Shown here: piece by piece, positions 12,700-26,500 of the stretch
Position numbering within the stretch: the first letter of the stretch is position 1
Layout: each line of letters opens with the position of its first letter
Source: Felis catus
Lineage: Eukaryota
Assembly: GCF_018350175.1 (NCBI RefSeq)
Contig: NC_058368.1
Span: 74,030,001 to 74,094,000, forward strand
Direction of reading: 5' to 3'
DNA length: 64,000 nt
Position numbers and translations under genes: made by a program
The notes under the pieces: model-generated
Told to the model about the DNA's origin: nothing
Database searches by the model: none
What the model saw: only the letters and a program-made list of their open reading frames with translations

Positions 12700-13371
12700 T
12701 AGCCCCTAAGCATGAGTGCATCCTGGGATGCATCCCAGGCTCTCCTCTCTCTGCACTCAAACTCCAGATGACCTCATCCAGTATGGTTTTAATCACCCTC
12801 AACTTACTGATAACTGCCTAATTTATCTTTCAAGTCTTGACCTCTCTTTGGGCTCCAACTGCCTTATGTTATCTCCGCTTGGAATTCTAATGTGCAGCTC
12901 AAATGTAGTATGTTCTAAATGGAACTGATTCCTATCCTTCCCCACCCTGGCTGGCATTCTTCCCTGTTGCCATAAATGGTACCCCCTTGCACCCAGTTAC
13001 TCAAAGCTGAAGTGTAGGGTCCCTCCCTTTTTCTCCCTCCCCCATCACATCCATCAGCAACACATGCTATTTCATCTTTCAGATAGTTCCCCAAACCGTT
13101 CACGTCCATTGGCAACAGATGCCCGCACACTAACTAAACTCACTCTAGCTCTCAGCTTGATTACTGCAGTATTCAACCAACTGACGTCTGTACTCTTTTC
13201 CTTTTCTACCTAAGCCCCTGCCTCACATCCTAGTCAGAATGATCTTGCAAATGTATAAAGTATGCCCTTTCCTCGGCTAAAAACTTTCTAAAGATTTAAC
13301 ATTGTTTTTAAGGGAAAAAAAAAGTTTCATGCCATGGTTACAAGGCCCTGTATGATCTGGCCGTTGTCCAC
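12700..13371 (+). mobile_element. L2 fragment (RT end and 3' region), interrupted by the MLT1 LTR and continuing about 13811-14120
   Basis: gatgacctcatccag...ttactgataac (degenerate YADD region); acaaggccctgtatgatctggcc. Confidence 0.7.
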
Positions 13372-13810
13372 TGTCCCGGGTTAAATAATGTTCTCTCAAA
13401 ATTCATGCCTACCTGGAACCTGAGAAGGGGACCTCGTGGGGAAATAGGGTTTTGGCAGATGTACTTCGTTGTGTGAAAGTGAGATCATAGTAGATAAGCA
13501 TGGGTCCAGTTCCGATATGACCGGTATCCTCGTAAGAATAGAAGAGACACAGGAACATCGACGAGACACACCGAGGTGAAGGCCATGTGAGAAGAGAAGC
13601 AGGACTTGGAGCGACGCAGCTATAAGCAAAGAACACCAAGAACCACCAGAGACCACTGGCAGCTAGGAGAGAGGCCTAGAACACTGATCGCCCCTCAGAG
13701 CTTCCAAAAGGAAACAGCCTTGCTGACATCTTGATTTTGATTTTTGGCCTCTTGTTTTAAGCCACTCAGTTTGCAGTAATTTGTTATCTCAGCCCCAGGA
13801 AATGAATGCA
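13372..13810 (+). mobile_element. MaLR solo LTR (MLT1B/C-like)
   Basis: TG...CA termini; ggaaatagggttttggcagatgta and ttttaagccactcagtttgcagtaatttgtta motifs. Confidence 0.85.
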
Positions 13811-14467
13811 ATGACCTCTTCTTGCCTCTTTCCATCCCTGCCCTCATGTGATGATGCCACACTGGCCTTCATTTTGTCTCAAAGCTTAGTCTCTTCTTGG
13901 AGCTTTCAAAATGGTCTCCTCTCTCTGTCCCAGAGTTTTTGCTAGGACCGGCTCCTTTACCTCATATCCGCCTCTGTTCCTACTACCATAATCTCTGACT
14001 TTGCTTCTACATGTTTACAGTAGTATCTCGGCTTGGATATATTCAGAAAACATTCATTGTATTTACTTCTTTGGTGTCACCCATTTTCACCCAAGGAATC
14101 CAAAGCAAGGATGGCACATAGATTTCAAGCATCTTTAATCAGTAAGATGAAGTATGTTCTAACTGTGGGTCAGATGAGATGGGGCCCCGGTGGGATTGGG
14201 AGGGTATCACTTGGTCCATGAAATTCATGAAACTTCAGGATGAACTGATCCCCTGGGATCTGTTTACCTGGCTTTAAAAATCAGTGGCCTCCCACTGGGG
14301 TGAAGTCATAAAAATAGAGGGTATCTCACCACCTATAGCCACCAGGGGATTTCCCCAGTGAAGGCATTCAGTACTTCCAGAATGTACACACTGCAAGAAA
14401 ACAAAGTTTGGAACTAAAGATATATCTCACATAATTTCTAAACTCTGATACATACATATATATATAT

Positions 14468-14677
14468 TTTAATTTTATTATGTTTATTTTTGAGACAGAG
14501 AGAAACAGAGCATGAGTGGAGAGGGGGCAGAAACAGAGGGAGACACAGAATTTGAAGCAGGCTCCAGACTCTGAGCTGTCAGCACAGAGCCAGACGCGGG
14601 GCTCAAACCCACCAACTGTGAGATCATGACCTGAGCCGAAGTCGGATGCTTAACCGACTGACACACCCAGGCACCCC
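14468..14677 (-). mobile_element. Can-SINE
   Basis: Complete reverse SINE body ending cccaggcacccc. Confidence 0.96.
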
Positions 14678-14739
14678 CGAGATATTTCTGATAGAGACTC
14701 TTATAATCATCTACTTTAAGTTAAAAGTCCAGATACAAT

Positions 14740-14966
14740 GGGGCACCTGGGAGGCTCAGTTGGTTAAGTGTCTGACTTTGGCTCAGGTCATGATCTCACG
14801 GTTTGTGAGTTCAAGCCCCTCGTCGGGCTCTGTGCTGACAGCTCAGTGCCTGGAGCCTGCTTCAGATTCTGTGTCTTCCTCTCTCTCTGCCCCTCCCCTG
14901 CTCACTCTCTCTCTCTCTCTCTCTCTCTCTCAAAGATAAATAAACAAAAAAATTAATAACAAAATT
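14740..14966 (+). mobile_element. Can-SINE
   Basis: SINE body; TSD aaagtccagata(c/t)aa at 14724-14738 and 14967-14981. Confidence 0.96.
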
Positions 14967-15326
14967 AAAGTCCAGATATAAGGATATTTTGATTCCAGGA
15001 CACAGGTGACAAGGCCTCAAGATGAGCTTGTAGGCTTCGGTTGCTAATTACATAGAACTTTCATGAGGAAGGAAACGTATCTACATGGTTCTGAATATTG
15101 ATTCTCCCTCCACTGGCTTGGTCACGGCAGCCTATAGTATTTATCTGTTCTGTGAGATAGAGACAGAAATGAACATATGAACTAAACTTTACGTTATTTG
15201 TAGTTTGCAATGTGTAGTTGTGTGATTACAGTTAATTAATTTAGCAAACTTCTTAAAGTTCTTGTTTTCTAGGTTCATGTGATTCTTCTCCCAGAATACT
15301 TTATACATTTTAAATCAAAGAGCTCT

Positions 15327-15454
15327 GGGGCACCTGGGTGGCTCAGTCAGTTAAGCATCTGACTTTTGATTTTGCCCCTGGTCAGGATCTCACGTTTCAT
15401 CAGTTCGAGCCCGACATCTGACTCTGTGCTGACTTCGTGGAGCCTGCTTGAGAT

Positions 15455-15491
<37 letters not shown>

Positions 15492-15550
15492 GCCTTCATT
15501 TCTCATGCTATCTCTCTCTCTTAAGATAAGTAAACATAGAAAAAAAAAAA
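15327..15550 (+). mobile_element. Can-SINE
   Basis: GGGGCACCTGGGTGGCTCAG head, (CT)n, A tail. Confidence 0.94.
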
Positions 15551-17539
15551 GCTCCTTCATGGAGTGTATAGATAAATACCCAAAACCGACTTACTCCTAA
15601 TTGTTACTTCTGGTGTCCCAATCAAATTAGTATATCAACAACGTCAGTGGTTGAGAAGGAATCCTAACATAACCTAACTACTGATGTTAGGAAACAAAAC
15701 ACAACCTGAGTTCAGTGGGGTCGTAAAAGTATTTGACTCACACACTCACACCGTCTCCTAACAATGGCGCCCCACAGTACACGCCTATTCTGTTCCTATT
15801 CTGGGACATTCTCTGTAGTTACATGAAAGCCCTTTCACTCCGTGACTTTACCACAGCAGCAATTCTTACCTCAGGGCTCTCCCTGTGTCATGGGTGTGCA
15901 TTTCAGAACACGAGTGTCCTTGTGAGCACCTTGATGAAGTTCCCTGGGTGATTTACTCAGTAACATTTCTGTTCTTCCAGACTGGGTACCATGAATTCAA
16001 ATTCTTGATTATAATGCATGGCAGCAACGTGGTCGTGCTTACGGGTGTATCAGAACTATGCTTTTTAAACTTTTATAAACATGTTCGCATCTGTGTTACT
16101 TAATTCATCCCCTACTGCGGTTGGGCAGGAATCTTTAATCCTCTTTAGCTGATAGAGAACCAGCGATGCCTTATGGGTGACCTGCCACCAAAGCCTAAGT
16201 GCTGTGGACTCGGGTGGCTTTCAAATTTTTCTGCATCTGGAGAATGGGTAGAGTGTCAGACAACTTGTGCTATGATAGGTTGTGAAGTTCACAGTAGCAA
16301 CAGATTTGTTTAGACCTGCTGCCATCGTGGGAAGAGCTGACTGTCTTGACACAACCCTAGAGATTTAGGTGAGAATTTGCTGTTCATTTTGAGATAGCAC
16401 ATCGGAGGCATCACAATATTTAAAAGCTTGCCAAAGGATGCACAGACCTGGTAAGTGGTAGAATGAGGCCAAAGAGAAGAACTTCTATCAGTTGGAGTTA
16501 CACATGGCATCTAAGCTTATTTTCTACCTTCAGGTGTTGATCTGTTCATTGCTATGTCTAAATCTACATGCTCTAAAATTTCTGTAAGGAGCCAGGAATG
16601 AAGTGGGGTTCTTTTCACCGGTGTCTTGGAGAGTAGGTTGCTAATGGCCTAGAGATAGAAAAGAACACTAAAAAAGAGAGGGGGAAAAAAGCTAGAAGTT
16701 CAAAGATGAAAAGGCGGCTTGAAACAATCAGGTGCAATAACAAATCCTCTGTGGAAAGAACAATCTGCTCCGCCATATTTTAAGACTGGAACATGCGAAA
16801 ATGCAGAATTATTTTTATTATAAATCTGCTGCCTCGGGGGGTCCCCTCGGTGGAAATGGTGCATGCTTCCTCTTGGGCATGTGATAGATTCGCTACGCTG
16901 TGAAAGCGTATTACCCATTCTTGAGGAGAAGGCAGTCCTTCAGGCTCCAAGCCTCGAAGGGCAAATTGTCTCTGCTTTCCATCTCTACATTCTGTTTCCC
17001 CTACCGAGTCACTTGCTAATTTTTGTCTGAGTTCCACTTAAAGAATGAGCTAAAGCAAACTTAAATCATGCAGCTCAATTTAAAATAAGCACTGTTATAT
17101 TCTCAAAAGCTTTAATTAAAATTTTTTTTCTGTTTTTCAGAAATACTAAACTAAGTCAAAAGCTCCTTTTTATTATTATAATTTCAGTCCTTTGGTTTAT
17201 TGTGTTCCTTTCCTAGCTGTTAGAAGATATTTTAAATAACTCTTTGTTGAAGCAATACTTTTACTTTCTTAGCTAAGCACAGAACGTCACATTTGACTGA
17301 CCTGCGAGTTGAATAGTCCTCAAGCCACACATATACCTTAAGATTCTTTTATGCCTAAACAATTCTAAATGCTCAGAGTAGATCACAACCAAGACTGACA
17401 TAAAAATACAAATGAATTTGTATACATTTGTATGAATTCATTTCAGTGCTCTATATATTTCTTCTCTCCAAGGATAATTTGAGTATCATTTTCTGCAATT
17501 GTTTTAGAAACTTAAAACTCAGATTCAGGATGTGAAATA

Positions 17540-18924
17540 CCTTTATCTTATACCATACACAAAAATCAACTCAAAATGCATTAAAGACAAACCTAAGACC
17601 TGAAACTTTAAAACTTCTTAAGGAAAATATAGGGGGAAAGCTTCCGAACATTGATCTTGACGATGACTTCTTGACAATAAAAAGACAGTTGGGACTACTT
17701 CTAACTAAAAATCTTCTACACAGCAAAGGCAACAATCAGCAAAGTGAAAGGAAAACTTATGGGATGGGAGAAAATATTTGCAAACTATGTATGTCTGGTA
17801 AGGGGTTAATATCCAAAATATATAAAGAACTCCTACAACTCAATAGCAAAAAACAAAACAAAACAAAACAAAAAAACAAATAACCCAGTTAAAGAATGGA
17901 CAAATGTCTTGAATAGACATTTCTCCAAGAAAACCTACAAATGGCCAAAAGGTATATGAAAATGTGCTCAACATCACTCATCGTCAAGGAAATTCCAATC
18001 AAAACCACAATGAAACATCACCTCACACCTATTAGTATGGAAACTATTAAAAAAAAATGCTGGTGAGGATGTGGAGAAATTGGAACTCTTGCACATTGTT
18101 GGTAAGAGTGTAAAATGGTCCAGCCACTGTAGAAAAATAGTAAGGGTTACTATTTTTAATAGTAAAAAAATTAAAAATAGAACTACCATGTGATCCAGTA
18201 ACCCATATCTGGGTATATATCCAAAATAATTGAAATTAGGATATTGGAGAGAGAGCTGCACTCCCACATTCATTGTAAAATTATTCACAATAGCCAGAAG
18301 ACAGACAGCTTAATGTCCATTGGCAGATGAATGGGTAAAAGAAATGTGATATATACATATAATGAAAAATTCGGCTTTACAAAAAGAAGAAATCCTGTCA
18401 TAAGCAACAACATGGATGAACCTGGAGGGCATTATGTTAAGTGACATAAGCTAGTTACAGAAGGACAAATACTGTATGATTCCACTTCTATTGAATATCT
18501 AAAATAGACTTCATAGAAGCAGAGAGGAAAATGATGTTGCCATGGGCCGGGGGAAGGAGGAAGTGGGGAGTTGTTTGATATATATAAAGCTTCAGTTTTG
18601 CAAGCCAATGATAGACATCTATGGTACAACATAGTGCTTGTTAATTAACAATACTGTACTGTGTACTTAAAAAATTTATTAAGAGGTAGATGTCATGTTA
18701 CGTGTTCTTACCACAAAAATAAAAACAAAAAATACAAAAAAAAACCCAAAGGGCACAAGGACATTTTCGGAGGTGATAGATATATTGATTATCTTGGTGG
18801 TAGTATGGTTTCAGGGGTATCCAAACTCATTAAATTGTAAATTTTATATGTTAAATATTTATAGTTTTTTGTACATCAATTATATCCCAATAAAGCTGTT
18901 TCTTTTGTTAATTAAAAAAAAAAA
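17540..18924 (+). mobile_element. 5'-truncated old L1 (L1MA/MB-like): degraded ORF2 C-terminus, 3' UTR, poly-A
   Basis: ttataccatacacaaaaatcaactcaaaatg; peptide SKIYKELLQLNSKK; caataaagct and A tail. Confidence 0.92.
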
Positions 18925-19057
18925 GGAATTTGTTGTTAACTAAGGATTTTACTACAAGAAGGAAGGGAGGTGCCCAGAGAGTGACCACACAAACTTTCTG
19001 AATATGTTTACGTTATGGACTTCTTTTTATGCCTAAGTATAGCTTCAAAATGAGAAG

Positions 19058-19265
19058 ATTTTTTTGTTGGTTTTTAGAGACAGAGAGAGAGCACGCACAC
19101 AGGTCTGCACAACGGAGGGGGAGGGGCAGAGGTAGAGAGAGAATCTTAAGCAGGCTCCACACCCAACACAGAGATTGATGGGGAGCTCAATCCCACGACT
19201 GTGAGATCATGACCTGAGCCCAAATCAAGAGTCAGACACTTAGCCAACTGAGCCACCCAGGAGCC
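19058..19265 (-). mobile_element. Can-SINE (older type)
   Basis: gtgagatcatgacctgagcc...ctgagccacccagg. Confidence 0.93.
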
Positions 19266-22200
19266 TAGTATAAAGAAATAAGATTTCTTTATACTTTCAA
19301 CTATGGCTCTTCAAAGAATTTTTTATGGTCAGCAGGATAGGAAGCCTTGGTAGAGAGGCCTTTGGATATTTAGCAGTGGAGGAGGGTAGGCCTTTGTCAT
19401 CTCAAGACAGCAAATATGAATAAGGGCCAATAACATATATTTGAAAGGAATCACAGTATTTGCCTGAACAACAATTAAGGAACTGTCATTTTGTTGAGGG
19501 TTTAGCCTTCTTCCTCTGAACCATCAACATGTAATGTCTTATTATGTGTGGGCTGATTTCCTCATTACTATATACTGCTATTTCTGTCACGGGTAGAGGA
19601 AAACAATAAGTTTACTTTAATATTATCTGGCTTAAGAATGGTTATGTCTTCATTTGTCACTATGACTAATGAATGTCATTAATTTAATATTAAGATATTA
19701 TTCTGGTATTAAAGCTAGTAGATGCTGATACTGATGAAGAGAGTGATAGTGATGGCGAGGTTGATGGTGGTGACTATGAAAGTATCTTAATTTCATCATG
19801 GACTCCAAATAATTGGATTAGGTCTTGGGGCTGCACAGAAAATGCGTCATAGGAAACTTACTGAAGCTCTCTGAGTAGGCCTATCTGAATACTCTCACAC
19901 ACCACATCCCTGATGTGACAGAGGGAATCATCCTCTCTGAAGTCAACCCAAGCCACGGTTATTCCTTACTACCATACAAGGTCATGCAGATAGAACTCTC
20001 TAGTCTGTCATTTTGCCCTCATATCCTTGTCTCCCTTTCCTCCATCTTTTCATTTCCCTAAATCTGTTTGGTGACTTTCAGGTAACTTAAGCATATGCAA
20101 TCCCAAATGATGTCAACTAACCTGAGTGTTTTGACCAAGTTCACACAGTTCCTACTCAAATTGTGATTCAAACCCACAATGCTTTCCACGTCACCCTAGC
20201 AGACTCCTCAATTTTGGATTGGTCAAGCTGCATATTTATGTTGGTTTGGGCCTGGATTAGGCAGGTACCTGAAAATCTCTGATATCTCATTTGCTGTTCT
20301 TTCTCCTGCACACCGATATTAGTCTAGAGAGTTCTGCCTGTGCCTATGCACACACTTACTGAATTGAGATATAGTGTTTTGGGTTGTAACTGAATCTCTT
20401 CACTTTAATATATATGTTTCGAAGGGGCATCTGTTGTAAATTAAATGAAACATTTATAAGAATGAAGAACAATCAGAATCATTTCCCCTGAAGAAATTAA
20501 AATATTACCAACTGAAGTTTTTGACCTCCTCATAAGCCACCTTAGCCCCATTAATTCTCTTCTCATTTTATGAACACCCTAGAGATTGTCTCTTTCCCAA
20601 ACGAGTCCTAAATGGGGGAGTCCCAAGGGTCCTTTTGGACACCCTTCTCTGCTTTGGAAGCATGATTCATGTTGCTAAATTTCAGATTGCTGTTTCATCA
20701 TGAGTCTCAAAAATATTACATTATCCTGATGACTCACTATTGACAGTTGGAGGTTACCTCAGATTTAAATTATTTCATGCTGGCAGTATGTGCATGAGGC
20801 TTTTGCTTTCGTAATTTTTCTCAATTTACTCAAGCAGTTTAGAAAGGTCCAGATGGAGATGAACATATTGAACGCTTAAAAAGAAATGTTTGTGTAGTTT
20901 ATGCAGGAAGTAAGACGCATTTCTTAATACACAGAGAAGGTTGTTTCCCTTTCTATTAGAAGTTCCAAATGAAATAAAATCTTGGACCTCTGCATTTCCC
21001 TGCAGTAGTTAAGCTGATGCAGCAGATACTTTGGTTTTAATTATTTATGGATGAGCCATGTGAAATGCCTGCCAGAGGTAGCAAAGGGAAAATAATGGCT
21101 GGTATTACACAACTGACCTTGAATCCAGCTCTGATTGAAATTAATTACCCAAAGTTTTAAAATCTCAGCTTCTTATATTGGTGGTAATGTCCTTTTCTGG
21201 TGAGAATGAATAGCTCCATTGTCTTAGCCCAAGCTTTGCTTATCACCAATATTTATTTCGCAAAATTTGGTACATCTGATCCTTGCAGGGAAAACATTAT
21301 TAATTGCCTTGATCTTTTCTTCCCCTAATTCCTGCATATTGTGTTACCCTAACATTCAGCCCTTGACATCCCATTAAGGCCAGCTGTTATTTTCTAGAAT
21401 GGTTGTTTGTAAAAATGAGCTCAGTTTTGGGTTGACCTCTAGAATATTTTGCCACTCCGAAGGTACACACGGATTGTCTCATATCCTTTTCTTGTGTTCT
21501 GCATTGTCAATCTTGCATGCGTTACATGTGAGCAAGTGCATTGGGGAAAATATTATTCCTGTTAATTTGAATTAGCTCTCAGTCTTCTAAGGACAGGATA
21601 TTTGGTGAGAATGGGGATGATGCTAACTCATGACTATATAATCCAGTCTTTAGAAAACATGATTTGTGTTGCAGGCACAGTGGCTTTCCCTAATACTTTT
21701 AAGGGCCTATTTAGTTTCTATATACTTGAGTATCCACAGAGATGTTGCCTCCAGCATTCCAGGTGCTGTTCCCCACAGTCTCTGGATGAAGGCATGCTTG
21801 GGATCATATCATTGGTAGCTGGGGGCAAAACTTCCACCAGAGGAAACTTCACTGACAGAAAAATGAGAAGTGCCACACTGGAATGCTGAGAGAGTTCATT
21901 TATAATAAACAGTAATTAAACAGGGATTATTAGGGTGGCACATTTACGACGTGAAAGCAGAAGTTGTGTCAACACCTTATAAAGTCCCAAAAGTCATTCA
22001 GCTGAAACATTTGCTCTGGGATGAAGAACAAGGTTCTGTTCTAGGGAAGATGTAGGCTTGCTGTTTGCTGTATTGAAAAACTCTTCATAATAGTCTTTTT
22101 GGTTGTAAGCATTTAACAAAGCTTTCTCAGGGCTTAACATAAAGCCCTAGGGAGTCAAAGAGACTGTTCCTTGTCACTGGGCTTTTCTCATAACCAACAC

Positions 22201-24034
22201 CGTTCCTTGTCAAAGATATTAAAAACATGCATAGCAACTTACTTTTTGTTTTTGTTTTTGTTTTTTGAGTACAAATCTCAGGCTAGATACTTGTTTCTAC
22301 CATTTTGCCTCTCCATTCCAACTTGCTGGCCTCACCTATCACCTGAGCTGATTGCACAACCTCAGACAAGGGCAATTAGGCATCCCCTGAGGATTGGTGT
22401 CGATTCAGTCTCCCATTCCCATCCTCTAGAACCTTGCTGAGCCTGAAGTCTTCCCAGAGTTGGCTTGATGAATGACTGCTTTCTGATGCATTAATGAAGA
22501 GGAAGCAGGATGATGGCCTCCTTTTCAATAGTTCCACATTCATTTGGCCTTCTGGAAACATTTCTATTTAATAAAAAGAATCTCTAATAGTAAGAATCTC
22601 AATTAGGTAAGAAAGGAAGAGCAGCCTAATGATTGTTGAGTAAGATTCTGTGGGTGGGCACCCTGTATCACTTACACATTGGACTTACCCCGTGAGAATG
22701 CTACAACATTTCAGGTCAAATGACTTTTTTTTTAAGGGGTTCATGGAAGAGAGAAGGGCATAGGATAAAAGGACCACATCTGTCTGTCAAAGCATCCTCA
22801 CCAATTTTCTAGATTTTCATTTGTAATATGTAAAACTCTTTTCTTCCCTCATTGTTAAAATACTATTCAGTTAAAGGGACTAATAGCCATGCATGAGTAG
22901 AAGTTTCATTTAATTGATATTTATTTCGTACTTTCTATATTCCAGGAACTTTTTAGTGATTAGGAATGCAAAGGTGACTAAGATAGCAAATCCATCTCCA
23001 AAGGGGTTTTTGGCTAGGAAAGCCAGCTACTACTAGATTTATTATTTCAAAAATCCATATTTTGCCCTATTAAGTAAATCAAGCTTTAGTAGTCTTAAGT
23101 CTACATAAACAGAACATCCATCTTAAGGACAAATCCTGTGCACAAGTAATCATGGTAACTGTTGGAACACTCAGTTTCTCTGTGGTCTTTCCTTGATTTG
23201 AAATATGGCCATTTTTTTTAAAAGAGAGAATTCCAGAAGAGACAAAAGGCTTACCCATGCAGAGAGTTGTGTTAAGCCTCCCTACTTCCATCTCCCAAAT
23301 AGGGCATTTATGTTTGCAAGATCTACTGAAGAGCAGTTTAATCCAGAGCAGTCGATTGTGCCTGGAAACAGGAAAGAAGCTCAAAAGACTAATCTAGGAA
23401 GGATGAAGGGTGAGCTTTTCCTAGAATCTTATGGAAAGAGAAAATAGTTTTTAATGGGAAGAGCATGGCTCAGGAGAAATAGATTGGCTCTCAAGATCAG
23501 AGGTTCCTTCAGGGAAAGGATGTAAGGGAGTTAAGAATAGAACTGTTGGAAAATGAAAAATGAGGGACACCTCAGGGACCAAGTATATGAAGATCCTAAA
23601 TCAGAAAACATTTGAGAGTGGAAAGTCTGGGCCAGGTAGACTCAGAAGCAAAATAGGCTTAGGCATTAGAGAATTGTTGGCTTGTTTATTTGGTGTTTGT
23701 TTGTTTAATAATTGGAGAAATATTTGTGGAACACACACCAAAGTTATAAAGCTCTGACTTCAAATTCATATTGAATATCAAAAGTTTTCTGATTGATCTG
23801 CCTATCTTTAAACTTTTTCCTGAAATATTCTTTCTAAGTGGATAGCTATGGGACAGCTCAGGAAAATAAATTTACTCGGGATTATAGGTTGGCATCTAGG
23901 CAAAGAGATACAGGATTCTGACATCATTCCTAGTCAGCTTGCTTGCAAATAAAATTACCTAGGATTCTTCACAAAAAGAGCATTTTTAACACAGGAGTTC
24001 CTTGCTTGTGTTGCTTGTTAATGAGAGTGTGATT

Positions 24035-24135
24035 CACAGGATAGCATTGTGGAAATTGTGAATATGGGAGTCAGGCAGATCTCAGTTCAAATCCGAGTTC
24101 AGTAAGTTACTAATTGTGTGACCTTCATAAATTGC
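24035..24135 (+). mobile_element. MIR fragment
   Basis: gttcaaatccgagttc...tactaattgtgtgacctt. Confidence 0.5.
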
Positions 24136-25179
24136 CGTAGAAGACACATTTGTGCTCCTTTCATTTCATTTTTCCTTGGCACACTAAGAATAACAGCATG
24201 ATTTCTTTTCCTATGACACTAGATTGGCCTCTCCTTCAATTTATTTGAGTTAATGTTTACGTGGACTTCTTGCCCTGAAAAATTGCAGTCAGTGAATTAA
24301 TTCAGTTACTGTTCAGAATCAATGTACAGGTAAATTCTACTATGTCAGTTTCGCAATTTATCAGAAAACCCAAAGGGATTAACCAGGATTGCTCCTGAAT
24401 ACATTGTATTGCTCCCCAAACTCAGAGTCATTGAGTTTATAACTTCAGAAAGCCTATGTCTACTGGTAGGTAAAGGAAAAAAAAGAAAACTTTTAAATTT
24501 ATATCTAATTTTTCCTTTATTAACAATCTCTTATTGCTAACAATACCCTTTAGTATAATTTACATTCCTTATTACGTCATTATTTATGCTTAGAGAAATT
24601 TTACTGGGTTCTATGTAATAGTCTTTGTTCTTTTCTACCTTCAAAGATTTCTGTACTTAAAACTTTTTTGAATCATATGTCAAAGGAGGAATATATATTA
24701 AATAAAGGGCAAATAATAAACCAATATGAAATACGTATTTTTATGACACTATTTTGTATATCATATATCATGTATAAAAATATCTTTGCAGTTATGGCTA
24801 AATGCAAAAGGAGTAATAAGGTTGCAAACTTATAACTGGAAATATAAATTTTAGATTGTGAACCTACTGCCTACAAGCAAGCCAAAATTTCTTTATCAAC
24901 CAACAAGTCAAAAACCATAGAAAAGGTTGCAAAACTCATGAGCCATTTTAAAGAACAAATTGGGCGAAGAACAATTAGTATTCATTTGGCCTCCATTCAT
25001 AATTCAAAGCTCATCTATGTGTGTTTATGAGCCTGAGGAGGGAAGTCATTTAACCATAGGATTCCTTGTGCAAATTGAACTGTCTTCCTCCTTTGGATTG
25101 TCATTTTTAGCATATCAGCTGTTATGAATTCTATTTAAAGTGGGACATCAAATATATAGCTAATTCTTCCCCTTAAAAA

Positions 25180-25524
25180 TTTATTTTATTTTAAATTTCA
25201 CTAAGTCAACATACAGTGTTATATTAGTTTCAGGTGTATAATATAGTGACTCAACAACTCTGTACATTACCCAGTGCTCATCATGACCAAGTGCACTCCT
25301 AAATCCCACATCTATTTTACCCATTCCCCCACCCGTCCCTTCTGGTACGTATCCATTTATTCTCTGTAGTTAAGTGTCTGTTTCTTGGTTTGCCTCTCTC
25401 TCTCTTTTTTCCTTTGTTCATTTGTTTTGTTTCTTAAATGTCACATATGAGTGAAATCCTATGGTATTTTTCTCTGACTTACTTAGCATTATACTCTCTA
25501 GTTCCATCCGTGTTGTTATAAATG
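25180..25524 (-). mobile_element. Carnivore L1 3' UTR fragment
   Basis: acatacagtgttatattagtttcaggtgta; flanking repeat tcccctta at 25168-25175 and 25525-25532. Confidence 0.88.
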
Positions 25525-25909
25525 TCCCCTTATAATTTTATCAGAAGAAAATACAATAATAGAAAATGTAATGATAGATTTTTGACCTGAAGACAATATA
25601 AAACTTTTAATGGCACACTTTTAAGATTTGAATCGACCACCAAAATTTTTTTTTCTACATCTTAAGCAACAGAGATCTATTCAGGTTAAAATCTCCCCTC
25701 TTTTCAGTTATATCGATATATATGTGAAATGCCTTCAAGGTAGATTATAAACCATACTTTACAGGTGGAGCCATCATGTTAAAAAGAATAATGTTTACAA
25801 CATGATTTGAAGTCTGAAGGAACTCTGAGTCTTATTAGAAGACATTGATTTCTCATTTGTCTTGAAAATATATTGTACCTTGAAATTGTAGTATCTTTCC
25901 ATATCAGTT

Positions 25910-26500
25910 CAGTCATCTATGCATGCATACATGAATCCATCCATCCCATCCATCCATCCATCCATCCTCCATTTATTCATATTTCCATATACCCATCTGT
26001 GACAATTATCCATTGAATGGCTACTGTATGTTGGGAAATGAAACAGGGACTGGTAATGAAAAAACGAATACAAGAAAATCCCTGATTTCAAGTTGCTTAG
26101 GACCTCGTGAAAAAAAAGGCAGACATATAAATCAATAATTACAACACCACCTTGTGGAAATTACGTGCCATAATAGATGTGTGCTGTCCTTGAGAAAGAC
26201 TTTGGAATGAGCACTTAAATTTTCTTGGATGACTGGGGTTGAAGATGGAAGAAAGGAGAAAGAATCCGAACACAGTAGATATATTAGATGCAATTTGAAT
26301 TAAACTGGTGATTATAGAGGATGAGGGGCTATAGGAGCAGAGGAATCTAAAATGCAAAATGTGCAGCATGAGAAAGCAAGGATAATTCAGTCAAAGCAGG
26401 CTGTTTGAAATAGCTGAGCCACAGGATACATTTAGCAATGGGGGATGAGAATGGCTGGATCATAGAAGAACTTGTTAACATACTGAGACATTTACACTTG
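25910..26500 (-). mobile_element. L2 3' end with (TCCA)n tail
   Basis: (CCAT)n tract then attgaatggctactgtatg, reverse L2 terminus. Confidence 0.55.

Noticed and set aside
14345..14356. NF-kB-like GGGGATTTCCCC
   Set aside because: Single isolated motif, possibly inside a decayed hAT MITE; no supporting cluster.
15662..15780. 9-bp hairpin (tcctaacat/atgttagga) and TGGCGCCC resembling a tRNA-Lys primer-binding site
   Set aside because: The stem is short, the PBS match stops after 8 nt, and there is no adjacent LTR or gag sequence.
19718..19790. Acidic peptide-like stretch DADTDEESDSDGEVDGGDYE
   Set aside because: Decayed (GAT/GGT)n trinucleotide repeat without splice signals or a long ORF.
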